Shown here piece after piece: positions 10,168 to 18,564 of a stretch of DNA of 64,000 bases. A model generated the notes under the pieces. That model searched no databases. It had not been told where the DNA came from and saw only the letters and a program-made list of their open reading frames with translations. Each line of letters starts with the position of its first letter. Position 1 is the stretch's first letter. A program made the position numbers and the translations under genes. The stretch spans positions 32,001 to 96,000 of IMG/VR virus record IMGVR_UViG_3300045970_000591. One strand, given 5' to 3'. The DNA is from a virus.

Positions 10168-11161
10168 AAAGTGTGCTGTTTTTACAGATATACACCTCGG
10201 TCTAAAGCATAATTCTAAAGATCATAACGAAGATTGCATTGAGTTTTTAAAATGGTTTATCGCCCAAGCAAAAGCTAAGGGCGCCGAAACCTGTATATCA
10301 ATGGGTGATTTTCATCATCATAGAAACAGTGTAAATGCAGTTACACAAAACTACATGATAACTGCATTGCAAATGTTAAATGATAACTTTGAAAAGGTAT
10401 ATTTTCTCGTAGGTAATCATGATTTATATTTCAGGGAAAATAGATCAATAACAACATCAAGATTTGCTACATTATTTCCAAATGTCATAATGGTTGACCA
10501 GCCAATAATAATAGATGACACAGCACTTGTGCCATGGTTGGTAGAGGATGAGTGGAAAGACGTTGCCGAAATGAAAACAAAATATCTATTTGGCCACTTA
10601 GAATTGCCGGGCTTTAAAATGAATGCAATGATCGACATGCCGGATCACGGTATGTTAAATGCAACACACTTTGAATTTCAGGATTATGTGTTTTCAGGTC
10701 ATTTCCATTTACGCCAAACTAAGGGTAAAATAAACTACATAGGCAACCCGTTTGGACATAACTTTTCAGATGTGTGGGATTTCGATCGAGGTGCAATGTT
10801 TTTAGAGTGGAACGGAGAACCAGAGTATGTGAATTATGCAGACGGTCCGCGATTCATTAATATACCGTTATCATCGTTAATGGCCGATCCAGAAAAATAT
10901 CTATTACCAAAAACACACCTACAGGTTGTGTTAGATATAGATATTACATACGAAGAAGCAACATATTTACGAGAAACATTCATAGAGCAATATTCGATAC
11001 GAGAGTTTAAGCTAATACGAAGTAAAGAAGAAACTACCTCAACTGAAGGTAAAGATATCACTATGAAAACGGTAGATACTATTGTTATAGAGCAGTTACT
11101 AACTGTAGTAGATGGTACATGCACTGGCGCAAAGTTAATAGAAATATATAATAGGTTATAA
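10133..11161 (+). CDS. gp47: Recombination endonuclease subunit (Mre11/SbcD-like)
   Basis: Metallophosphoesterase motifs DIH, GDFHH, GNHD, GHLE, SGHFH. Confidence 0.92.
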   Translation: MHRMLPNKGLFKKCAVFTDIHLGLKHNSKDHNEDCIEFLKWFIAQAKAKGAETCISMGDFHHHRNSVNAVTQNYMITALQMLNDNFEKVYFLVGNHDLYFRENRSITTSRFATLFPNVIMVDQPIIIDDTALVPWLVEDEWKDVAEMKTKYLFGHLELPGFKMNAMIDMPDHGMLNATHFEFQDYVFSGHFHLRQTKGKINYIGNPFGHNFSDVWDFDRGAMFLEWNGEPEYVNYADGPRFINIPLSSLMADPEKYLLPKTHLQVVLDIDITYEEATYLRETFIEQYSIREFKLIRSKEETTSTEGKDITMKTVDTIVIEQLLTVVDGTCTGAKLIEIYNRL

Positions 11162-11164
11162 TAA

Positions 11165-12964
11165 ATGCTCCAAATAAACAAACTAACAATACAAAACTTT
11201 CTATCTGTTGGAAATATAACCCAACAGGTGGAATTCAGCAGAAGTGAGCTTGTATTGGTATTAGGCGAGAATTTAGATTTAGGTGGAAATGACAATCGCA
11301 ACGGTGTCGGTAAGAGTGCCATTGTGAATGCATTATCTTATGCACTGTATGGCACAGCATTAACAAATATAAGAAAAGATAATCTTATAAATGTTTCTAA
11401 CTCAAAGAATATGTTGGTTACACTTACGTTCGATATTAATGGAAAAGCATACACTATTAAACGTGGTAGAAGACCTAATATATTTAAGTTTATAGAGGCA
11501 GGTAAAGAGACAGAGGAAGAAGATACATTAACCAAAGTAAAAGCTGCTGACATCGATGAATCGCAGGGCGAGGGTAGGAATACACAAGAAGAAATAGTAA
11601 GAACTATCGGCATAACGCACGACATGTTCAAGCACATCCTTGCGCTTAATACTTATATAGAACCGTTTCTTGCGTTACGCACAAATGATCAAAGGGTTCT
11701 GATAGAACAACTTTTAGGTATTACGAAGCTATCTGAAAAAGCTGAAAAGTTAAAGGAAGAGGCAAGGATTACAAAAGATGAAATTAAAGCGGAAGAATTT
11801 CGTATTGCGGCAGTTGCAGCGGCGAATAAAAGAATTGAAACTAATATTTCGGGATTGGAAACCAAATCGCTTACGTGGAACAGTGAAAAGACGAAAAAAA
11901 TAAATGAGTTACAAACTTCTATCTTAGAATTTATGGCAGTGGATATAGATAAAGAGATAGAGTTGCATAAATCTAAAAAAGAAGTAGAAGATCTTACTGC
12001 AGAATATAGGGCATTATCCCGTGAACTAACTGCGTTAGAAAAGGATGTGGTAGAATCTACCAAAGCAGTAGCGCGGCTTGATAAAATATTATCCACATCT
12101 GTAGAAAAAATATGTCCAACATGCTCTCAGGAAATGGACAAAGATACTCACGAACAAGTACACAACGAGTATGTAACCAGACAGAAAGACGAAAAAGACA
12201 AACTTGTTACAAAGAAACTCAAGAAAGAAGAAGTGTCAACACTTGCAACATCGGTTAAAGCAATCATCCCTATATTGCCTGACACATTTTACGACACAAT
12301 AGATGAGGCATATGAGCACAAAACAACACTTAGTAACCTCGGTAATAGCTTAGAGAGTGAATTAGCAACTGCTAATCCATATGTAGAGCAAATCGAATCC
12401 TTAAGAAAAGATGGTATTCAGGAGATTAAGTTCGATGTAATGAACGAGTTGGTTAAGCTAAAGGATCACCAGGATTTTCTTCTTAAACTATTAACTAATA
12501 AAGATAGTTTCATTCGTAAAAAGATTATCGACCAAAATCTAACATATTTAAATCATAGATTAGCACAGTATCTAATAGACATTGGGTTGCCCCACACAGT
12601 GAAGTTTAAGTCTGATCTTGAGGTAGAAATTACAATGTATGGAAAAGAGTTTGACTTTGATAATCTGAGTAGGGGAGAAAGAACGCGGCTTATATTATCA
12701 CTATCCTGGTCATTTAGGGATGTTTTCGAATCAATGAATGATAAGATAAATCTACTGTTTGTTGACGAGCTACTCGATAATGGGTTGGATACAAGTGGAG
12801 TGGAATCATCATTAGTTATATTGAAAAAGATGGCAAGGGATCATAAGAGGAATGTATTTTTGATTTCACACCGCGATGAATTAGTGGGTAGAATATCTAA
12901 TGTATTGAAAGTTGTCAAGGAAGGCGGGTTTACCAACATCGAAAGTGTCGAAAACGACGAATAA
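11165..12964 (+). CDS. gp46: Recombination ATPase subunit (Rad50/SbcC-like)
   Basis: Walker A NGVGKS, coiled coil with CPTC zinc hook, LSRGE signature, Walker B LFVDE, LISH. Confidence 0.93.
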   Translation: MLQINKLTIQNFLSVGNITQQVEFSRSELVLVLGENLDLGGNDNRNGVGKSAIVNALSYALYGTALTNIRKDNLINVSNSKNMLVTLTFDINGKAYTIKRGRRPNIFKFIEAGKETEEEDTLTKVKAADIDESQGEGRNTQEEIVRTIGITHDMFKHILALNTYIEPFLALRTNDQRVLIEQLLGITKLSEKAEKLKEEARITKDEIKAEEFRIAAVAAANKRIETNISGLETKSLTWNSEKTKKINELQTSILEFMAVDIDKEIELHKSKKEVEDLTAEYRALSRELTALEKDVVESTKAVARLDKILSTSVEKICPTCSQEMDKDTHEQVHNEYVTRQKDEKDKLVTKKLKKEEVSTLATSVKAIIPILPDTFYDTIDEAYEHKTTLSNLGNSLESELATANPYVEQIESLRKDGIQEIKFDVMNELVKLKDHQDFLLKLLTNKDSFIRKKIIDQNLTYLNHRLAQYLIDIGLPHTVKFKSDLEVEITMYGKEFDFDNLSRGERTRLILSLSWSFRDVFESMNDKINLLFVDELLDNGLDTSGVESSLVILKKMARDHKRNVFLISHRDELVGRISNVLKVVKEGGFTNIESVENDE

Positions 12965-12979
12965 GGAAGTATTAAATAA

Positions 12980-13948
12980 ATGAAACCATTATATATGTGG
13001 GCTGGTGGGAAAAACAAAATGATACAGAAATATCTGCTTGATCCGGGCATACCATACACGGGATATGACACCTATGTTGAACCATTTTTCGGCGGTGGCG
13101 CGATGATGATACATATTGCCGAAAATAATCCATCGGTTACTAAGTTTGTTCTTAATGACATAAATCCGGAAATAGTAGGGCTATATACCGCAATCAAACA
13201 TGATGTAAACAATTTTATTTTATACTGTGATCAGTTATGCAATCAGTATCTGCCATTAAGTAAAGAAGATCGTAAGGTATTTTTCTATAAGATAAGAAAA
13301 GAATACACAACAGATTATAAAAAATGGTCATCTGTTCAAGAATCAGCGACATTATATTTCTTAATGAAGACAGCATTCAATGGTATTTTTCAGAGTACCA
13401 TAGAAGCAAAAGGTAGATTTTGCACACCGTGTGGGTTGTTAAGTCATACAGATAAAGTATATGATAAAGACAATGTATTAGAGTGGAATATATTTTTACA
13501 AAAAGTAGACATCTATACAGGCAACTGGGAAGATTGTTGTGATAAGGTTGCAGGTAAGGCATTATATTTTCTCGACCCACCGTATCGTGGCAGTTTTACA
13601 CAATATGGGCAAGATTTTACAGATGCTAAACAACTAGAGGTTATTCATTTCTGTAAAAAAGCCACAGTAGACGGACATTTAGTAATGTTCTGTAATAGAG
13701 ATACAGGTGATTCTTTTTACACCGATAATAAAGGAAGCCTACTGATTAGTTATTACACTGTGACATACACTGCCGGGAGACGGGCAACTGACAAAGACGG
13801 AAATAGGTTAGCTAAGGCAGCGACGGAAATATTATTATATTCAGAAGATATTGTTAATATGAAATGTCAGCGAGTTATAGAAGCTAAGAAAGAAAAGAAA
13901 AAAGTAAAGAAAGAAAACGAATATAAGACACTTTTTCATGTTGTATAA
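12980..13948 (+). CDS. dam: DNA N6-adenine methyltransferase, Dam/D12 family
   Basis: WAGGK, YVEPFFGGGA (motif I), NDIN, YFLDPPY (motif IV). Target sequence not determinable from the sequence. Confidence 0.88.
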   Translation: MKPLYMWAGGKNKMIQKYLLDPGIPYTGYDTYVEPFFGGGAMMIHIAENNPSVTKFVLNDINPEIVGLYTAIKHDVNNFILYCDQLCNQYLPLSKEDRKVFFYKIRKEYTTDYKKWSSVQESATLYFLMKTAFNGIFQSTIEAKGRFCTPCGLLSHTDKVYDKDNVLEWNIFLQKVDIYTGNWEDCCDKVAGKALYFLDPPYRGSFTQYGQDFTDAKQLEVIHFCKKATVDGHLVMFCNRDTGDSFYTDNKGSLLISYYTVTYTAGRRATDKDGNRLAKAATEILLYSEDIVNMKCQRVIEAKKEKKKVKKENEYKTLFHVV

Positions 13949-13969
13949 GATGATATGTATTTGATATTC

Positions 13970-13998
13970 TTGACTTTGTGATATGTTTACTACACAAT
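13970..13998 (+). promoter_or_regulatory. Putative sigma70-type promoter of the two nuclease-like genes
   Basis: TTGACT-17 nt-CACAAT, followed by AAGGAG SD before ATG 14046. Confidence 0.5.
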
Positions 13999-14045
13999 AA
14001 CTACTGTCGTGCAGACACTATATTATTTAAACAAGGAGTTATATT

Positions 14046-14951
14046 ATGACAACATTTACATCATTTGATACAAAAGTGACTGATCTATTAAGTAAACGCG
14101 GTATGATTCCATCTGTAGGCACCGGCATAAAACATTTTGTTGATTATTTTCGGGCATTCTCGTGGTATGCTCATACCATACATGGCGACGGAGATAATAT
14201 GTTAGATATATTATTAGATGATAACAACTTAATCAGTAATGTTATTTTAGATTCTAATTTTCTTAAACCGTTGGCTAAATTTTATCCATCTGCGCTTTCT
14301 AATAATAATTCCTGGAAATATTTATTTGAAACACTATTAAGATACACCCCTAAGGGTGTTGGTGTAGGAGAACTATGTTTTCCGTTAATTATACAGGGAT
14401 GGTCTTGTATCGGAAATGGGGATGGTACACTATTTCGTGCAGGCGAAATACTTAGGCTAGAACTAAAGAAAAACGGTGCTAGTTTAAAACCTAATAGAGA
14501 AATTCTTCGTGTTCAGAAGGAGTTAAACCGCCGTGTTTTCGAAGGACACAGGGCTGGCCCAGCACGCAATTTTAAACAGCATAGGGACTGGATTAAAACA
14601 AAGCCTTCAGCAGAAACTATATATTTAGAATATTTCCCCAATCTATGGAGAGATTTTAAAGATTCTCCCGATGTAGAGCATATGTGCAAACGACTTGCAA
14701 CTATAGACGACTGTAAAATGTTCTACAATGTTATTGGTACAACAGTTTTAAAACAATATAAACAGATAGACGGATGGTATTCACTTATTGTTATTGATCC
14801 AACCAAGATGTTTATTGCCAATCTAGTTGATATATCCGATATAGGGTTACAGATATTTGGTGATAAGTTAGGATTTCGCTGGATTAGTGATTCAGGTAAA
14901 GATACACAGGCCGTTAGTGATGGATATGTAAATATCACGTTTAAAGAATAA
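14046..14951 (+). CDS. Hypothetical protein, possible PD-(D/E)XK endonuclease
   Basis: KGVGVGEL...GDG...LELKKNGA resembles the E...D...ExK catalytic pattern. Strong SD. Confidence 0.45.
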   Translation: MTTFTSFDTKVTDLLSKRGMIPSVGTGIKHFVDYFRAFSWYAHTIHGDGDNMLDILLDDNNLISNVILDSNFLKPLAKFYPSALSNNNSWKYLFETLLRYTPKGVGVGELCFPLIIQGWSCIGNGDGTLFRAGEILRLELKKNGASLKPNREILRVQKELNRRVFEGHRAGPARNFKQHRDWIKTKPSAETIYLEYFPNLWRDFKDSPDVEHMCKRLATIDDCKMFYNVIGTTVLKQYKQIDGWYSLIVIDPTKMFIANLVDISDIGLQIFGDKLGFRWISDSGKDTQAVSDGYVNITFKE

Positions 14952-14958
14952 CACCCGA

Positions 14959-15480
14959 ATGTCCTATCCTATCGCTGAACGCCTTTGTCTTAAACACTTC
15001 ACCTTCCTGTGGCCGCTGGCATATCCTAATAGATCTACCGAATCATATTTCGATCATTATCAAACCGTCGCAGATGGTTCTTGGACAAACCTGGGATCAT
15101 TGCTAGAACATGCTATACATGTTACCGGCAGTATTTCTAAACATAATGCTGCTGGTGAGGATTTTCATGATGAATCAGATGCTAAACTTTCGTCTGTTAG
15201 GATATCCGGTAAGGGCACTAAATACGGGGCACCTATAACTAACCTACACAGGAAAGGTGGCTATATACGGGCAGTTGTGTATGAACGAAAACAAGATAAG
15301 TTTTATTTTTTCTTGATACCTTTTTCAGCATATTTTCATATTTCTAAAACAAGTAACATTGAAGTACCGTTCAATATGGACGGGTCGCCCAAAAAGAAAA
15401 ATAAATGTAAAGTGAATTGGTGGGATTACAATAAAGAAACATTTGACGAAATTTGTGTTCCAGTCGAACGTATTACATAA
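14959..15480 (+). CDS. Hypothetical protein, possible PD-(D/E)XK endonuclease
   Basis: GSLLEHAI...GEDFHDESDAK resembles the E...D...DxK pattern of restriction-like nucleases. Confidence 0.45.
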   Translation: MSYPIAERLCLKHFTFLWPLAYPNRSTESYFDHYQTVADGSWTNLGSLLEHAIHVTGSISKHNAAGEDFHDESDAKLSSVRISGKGTKYGAPITNLHRKGGYIRAVVYERKQDKFYFFLIPFSAYFHISKTSNIEVPFNMDGSPKKKNKCKVNWWDYNKETFDEICVPVERIT

Positions 15481-15484
15481 TATT

Positions 15485-15994
15485 TTAAGTAGATAACAAA
15501 AAGAATAATGTGTTGTCTGACGCCAATACCGAAGTCAGTGTATAAGCATAATAACCCTTATACACTAATATCTCGTCTATCTCTAACTTATTTTTAACAA
15601 ATACAAATTCCGGGACATTATTATACTTTATTATAAGTAGTGGTAGTTTTCCGGCGCTTGTAGAATCTTGTTCTACCTGTTTGATCCACCCATCCCATTG
15701 TGTAACTTCTTTGTTTATAACTGATTGGAATGATGGTGCAGTTTTATAGTGTTTGCACTCGACTGAAAACTTAAAGTTGACAGGGCACATCAGGTCGCCA
15801 AATACTGCATGATCCATATCGTGCTTTTCTACTCTAAATACATTCTTTCCACCAAAATAGGAACCGCTATCCGAGTTTCTACGAAATCCTGTATCTATAC
15901 CTAAAAAATCTTTGAATCTTGCAGACAACAGATTAGCCATTTTTCTTTCAAATGTATTGCCCTTATTCTTTCCGTTTACTTTACCTGTTGCCAT
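15485..15994 (-). CDS. Holliday junction resolvase (Hjc-like)
   Basis: KNKGNTFERKMA...SG...GDL...SVECKHYK...W..Q...PLLI.K.N. Confidence 0.75.
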   Translation of the reverse strand: MATGKVNGKNKGNTFERKMANLLSARFKDFLGIDTGFRRNSDSGSYFGGKNVFRVEKHDMDHAVFGDLMCPVNFKFSVECKHYKTAPSFQSVINKEVTQWDGWIKQVEQDSTSAGKLPLLIIKYNNVPEFVFVKNKLEIDEILVYKGYYAYTLTSVLASDNTLFFLLST

Positions 15995-16009
15995 ATTATA
16001 ATATCTCTT

Positions 16010-16276
16010 TCAACTTTCTTGTAAATAACCTGTCGCCTTATTCTTTAACAACATGGTTGATTCATCTTCATTTAACTGCGCGTCAATAATTCGATTTATA
16101 TTATATTCTATCTGTTCGATTCTCGGTATCCAGAAGTTATTTCTGTGTGGGCTTTTTAGTTTTAGGAGTAATCTTAAAATTTCGGTGGCTTCTTTGAAAT
16201 CTGTATCTATATCAAGATTTATACCTGCTGTTACCGCCCAGGTTCGATCTAAATCATCTATTTCTTTTAATTTCAT
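16010..16276 (-). CDS. Small hypothetical protein, paralog of 35305-35592
   Basis: MK..EID..D..WA...GI.LDID..FK...W.P.IE..E.N...IIDA...DEST.LLK.KA is shared with the 35305 ORF. Confidence 0.7.
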   Translation of the reverse strand: MKLKEIDDLDRTWAVTAGINLDIDTDFKEATEILRLLLKLKSPHRNNFWIPRIEQIEYNINRIIDAQLNEDESTMLLKNKATGYLQES

Positions 16277-16427
16277 TATTTTTCTTTTGTTCGTGTTGGA
16301 GGACTTCTTTACGGAGAGTATTTAATGCCTGGTTCCTTTCTGTTCTATTTGCAATAATGTCTTTCCGAATTTCTTCTAATATTTCGCTATTTGTCTTATT
16401 CTTAAGTTCTTTTATTAATTCTACCAT
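16254..16427 (-). CDS. Small charged helical hypothetical protein, 57 aa (below ORF-track cutoff)
   Basis: MVELIKELKNKTNSEILEEIRKDIIANRTERNQALNTLRKEVLQHEQKKNNEIKRNR. GGGAG SD and TAAATA (16447-16452, minus) upstream. Confidence 0.6.
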   Translation of the reverse strand: MVELIKELKNKTNSEILEEIRKDIIANRTERNQALNTLRKEVLQHEQKKNNEIKRNR

Positions 16428-16486
16428 AATAACTCCCTATTTAACATATTTACCATTTGGATAAATATGCTATTAGGGAGAAAGAT

Positions 16487-17068
16487 ATGTATTCGGACGC
16501 TTTCGAGGCTGCGATTAATCATGCCATGTTATATGAAGTCGGTGGATTTTGGAAAATGACCCCAGATGTTGAAGCAGGGCTTATATCTACTCCTCAACAG
16601 CGTAAAGCAGTGGGTTATGTAAATGACCCCGATGACTCGGGCGGCGAAACAAAGTTCGGGGTCGCAAAGAACGCGAATTTAGACTTAAATATAACCGATC
16701 TAACATGGGCACAGGCCAAAGCAGTCTATTACAAGCGATATTGGTTATTAGGCTCTTGCGACAAACTTTCTCCGCGTACCGGTATATTGCACTTAGATGG
16801 ATGCATCAATCACGGTGTAGGCAGAGCAAGTAAGTTTTTACAAAAGGCATTATTGGTAGAGGAAGATGGTAAGATAGGTCCTGCTACCTTAGAAAAAGCC
16901 ACTAATGCAGATCAGATTGTGCTATGCAACGCAATCTGTGATAACAGAGAACAGTTTTATCGTGACATTGCGGCCAATAAACCCACGCAAGAAAAGTTCT
17001 TGGCAGGGTGGCTTCGCCGTATAAAAGAGATGAGGGTTTTTACAACAGATCCCGAATCATTTAACTGA
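16487..17068 (+). CDS. Glycoside hydrolase family 108 lysozyme with PG-binding-3 domain (endolysin candidate)
   Basis: EVGG...GYVNDPDDSGGETKFGV, GCINHG, R..FY..I....P.Q..FL.GW.RR. Start reassigned to ATG 16487 after GGGAG. Late promoter TAAATA at 16462-16467. Confidence 0.88.
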   Translation: MYSDAFEAAINHAMLYEVGGFWKMTPDVEAGLISTPQQRKAVGYVNDPDDSGGETKFGVAKNANLDLNITDLTWAQAKAVYYKRYWLLGSCDKLSPRTGILHLDGCINHGVGRASKFLQKALLVEEDGKIGPATLEKATNADQIVLCNAICDNREQFYRDIAANKPTQEKFLAGWLRRIKEMRVFTTDPESFN

Positions 17069-17140
17069 CTCAATATTATTAGCCATAGTTGTGTCGCGAT
17101 GATAAAATAGTATAACAACAAAAAGTTGTTCAATAACATT

Positions 17141-17146
17141 TAAATA
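17141..17146 (+). promoter_or_regulatory. T4-like late promoter (TAAATA) at the 5' end of the ORF-free structured interval
   Basis: Same hexamer precedes many structural genes in this window. No ORF follows it on the + strand. Confidence 0.5.
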
Positions 17147-17149
17147 ATA

Positions 17150-17812
17150 AGTAGATAGCAGGACTGACGCGCCCTGTGAACTTTCAAAGACAAAAGCGTA
17201 AATCTTTCAAATCATTTCAAATCAATATAAATCAGCGCGTTGCGTATCACAGCGGTATGCGGCAAAGACATACATTATAAGGTTAGCGAGCCTAGTTAAA
17301 TATTTCGCAGGCGTGTCGTTCAGAATAGAGCGCAACAGCCAAGTCCGTTGAATGTACATCGGCAAGATCATATGAAAGATAGAGCTACAGAGGCTCGGGC
17401 GAACGGAGGAATCCATGCACGTCACAAGTAAGATGATCGAGTTTAAGTTTGCAGCAGGTATGTGAAAACAGGGTATGGCTTGCTGGTCGTGTAAATATTG
17501 TCTGAAAAGTATTTACATATGCGATGAGGACGTGTGGTGTTACAACACCTTGTCCCCCTTCCGAAACGCTATAAAGCAATAACCTAGCGCGTAGTTGACA
17601 TAATCAATCCAACACTACATAAATATTTCGGTTCAGAGTCTGGCGATGCTGTCAAGCATTTTCGGTATCCAAGGTTTTGGATACCCTTGGTCTGACTTCT
17701 ACCGTCAGGACACTTAAATACCGATCATCTTTCTTAAAAAGTTGTCTGAATAAATGCATCGCTGAGTTTACGAAGCGAAGGCATTTATGAAAGACTTGGT
17801 CTGTAAGACCGA
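17150..17812 (+). ncRNA. Candidate large structured non-coding RNA (~660 nt), family unrecognised
   Basis: No credible ORF. Nested long-range helices: 17335-17345/17793-17804 (11 bp, 1 bulge) and 17430-17448/17712-17731 (10 + 8 bp). About ten local hairpins, including 17664-17685 (9 bp perfect), 17750-17788 and 17490-17517. G-U pairs favour the + strand. Ends are approximate. Confidence 0.6.
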
Positions 17813-17821
17813 TTAGTTGAG

Positions 17822-18325
17822 CTATATAGTTTTTCTATATATCTTCTTGAGTAGCTTTATTACTTCTGCATTTGTCTCTGCAGGCATAAGTGCTGATGAC
17901 TTAAGGGATATTGAGTATATATGTGAGCCTATAGTGGTCATTGATATGATACCTGAATATTTCTGGAAATACATAGATATGAATGCTGCTATTTGTAATT
18001 CTATATTGCCATTAATGGATACGAATGACTTTGAAGATATATCTAGTGATCTTGAATATTTGATCTCTCCCTTGACTATGCACAGCTCTGTAAGTATTTT
18101 ATCGCCAGTGGGTTCTTTGATAAAAATATGAGCAGGAAATATTTCGATATCTGTGTCTATATCTATACAAATAGCCGAATGAGTTAATGACTGGGTTTTA
18201 TATAAACTCCAATCTATATTCTGTGCATCTAGCAGTCTTGAAAGATCATAGACCCATCTATGCTTAGGGTATCTCTCCCAACATTCTATATCGTTTAAAG
18301 GAATATCAGTTTCTATCGTATCCAT
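17822..18325 (-). CDS. Hypothetical protein, possibly a short/degenerate ATP-grasp-like protein
   Basis: N-terminal D..CWERYPKHRWVYD resembles the phage ATP-grasp family N-terminus as I recall it. Only 167 aa. GGAG SD; start overlaps the upstream stop (TAATG). Confidence 0.4.
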   Translation of the reverse strand: MDTIETDIPLNDIECWERYPKHRWVYDLSRLLDAQNIDWSLYKTQSLTHSAICIDIDTDIEIFPAHIFIKEPTGDKILTELCIVKGEIKYSRSLDISSKSFVSINGNIELQIAAFISMYFQKYSGIISMTTIGSHIYSISLKSSALMPAETNAEVIKLLKKIYRKTI

Positions 18326-18564
18326 TACATATACTCCTTTGCATTAGGATTCTGTTCTTTTATCTTTTTGTTTATTACTCTTATTGCCATTTCTCTATCT
18401 GTAAAACACATTCTCCATGCCGATTCAAGTTCTATACCACCTTTCATGAAATAACATATTTCCATTACTTGTTCTTTCAACGCCCTTGTCTCAGCAGCAT
18501 ATGATTTAAGTAGGTCTTGAAGCTGCTCTGGTGGCAGGAAGATTAAAGACCTTATGAAAAATTT
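18325..18564 (-). CDS. gp51-like baseplate-hub assembly domain in the -1 frame of the gp26-like gene (not in ORF track)
   Basis: Open frame FFIRSLIFLPPEQLQDLLKSYAAETRALKEQVMEICYFMKGGIELESAWRMCFTDREMAIRVINKKIKEQNPNAKEYM*. It begins at slippery heptamer A AAT TTT (18558-18564). First in-frame ATG is at 18465. Confidence 0.65.
   Translation of the reverse strand, partial: KFFIRSLIFLPPEQLQDLLKSYAAETRALKEQVMEICYFMKGGIELESAWRMCFTDREMAIRVINKKIKEQNPNAKEYM

Noticed and set aside
16254-16427. Faint resemblance of ELKNKTNSEILEEI to ribosomal protein L29
   Set aside because: Only generic charged-helix similarity; the conserved L29 C-terminal motif is absent.
17406-17485. GAGGAATCCATGC and AAAACA...TGGCTT resemble RNase P RNA P4 strands (GAGGAAAGUCCAUGC; ACAAAACAUGGCUUA)
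   Set aside because: Both matches are imperfect and only ~60 nt apart, too close to enclose an RNase P core. Left for cmscan to settle.
17222-17579. Two short minus-strand ORFs (67 and 64 aa) inside the structured interval
   Set aside because: No SD or recognisable motifs. G-U pairing and the promoter point to a + strand RNA.
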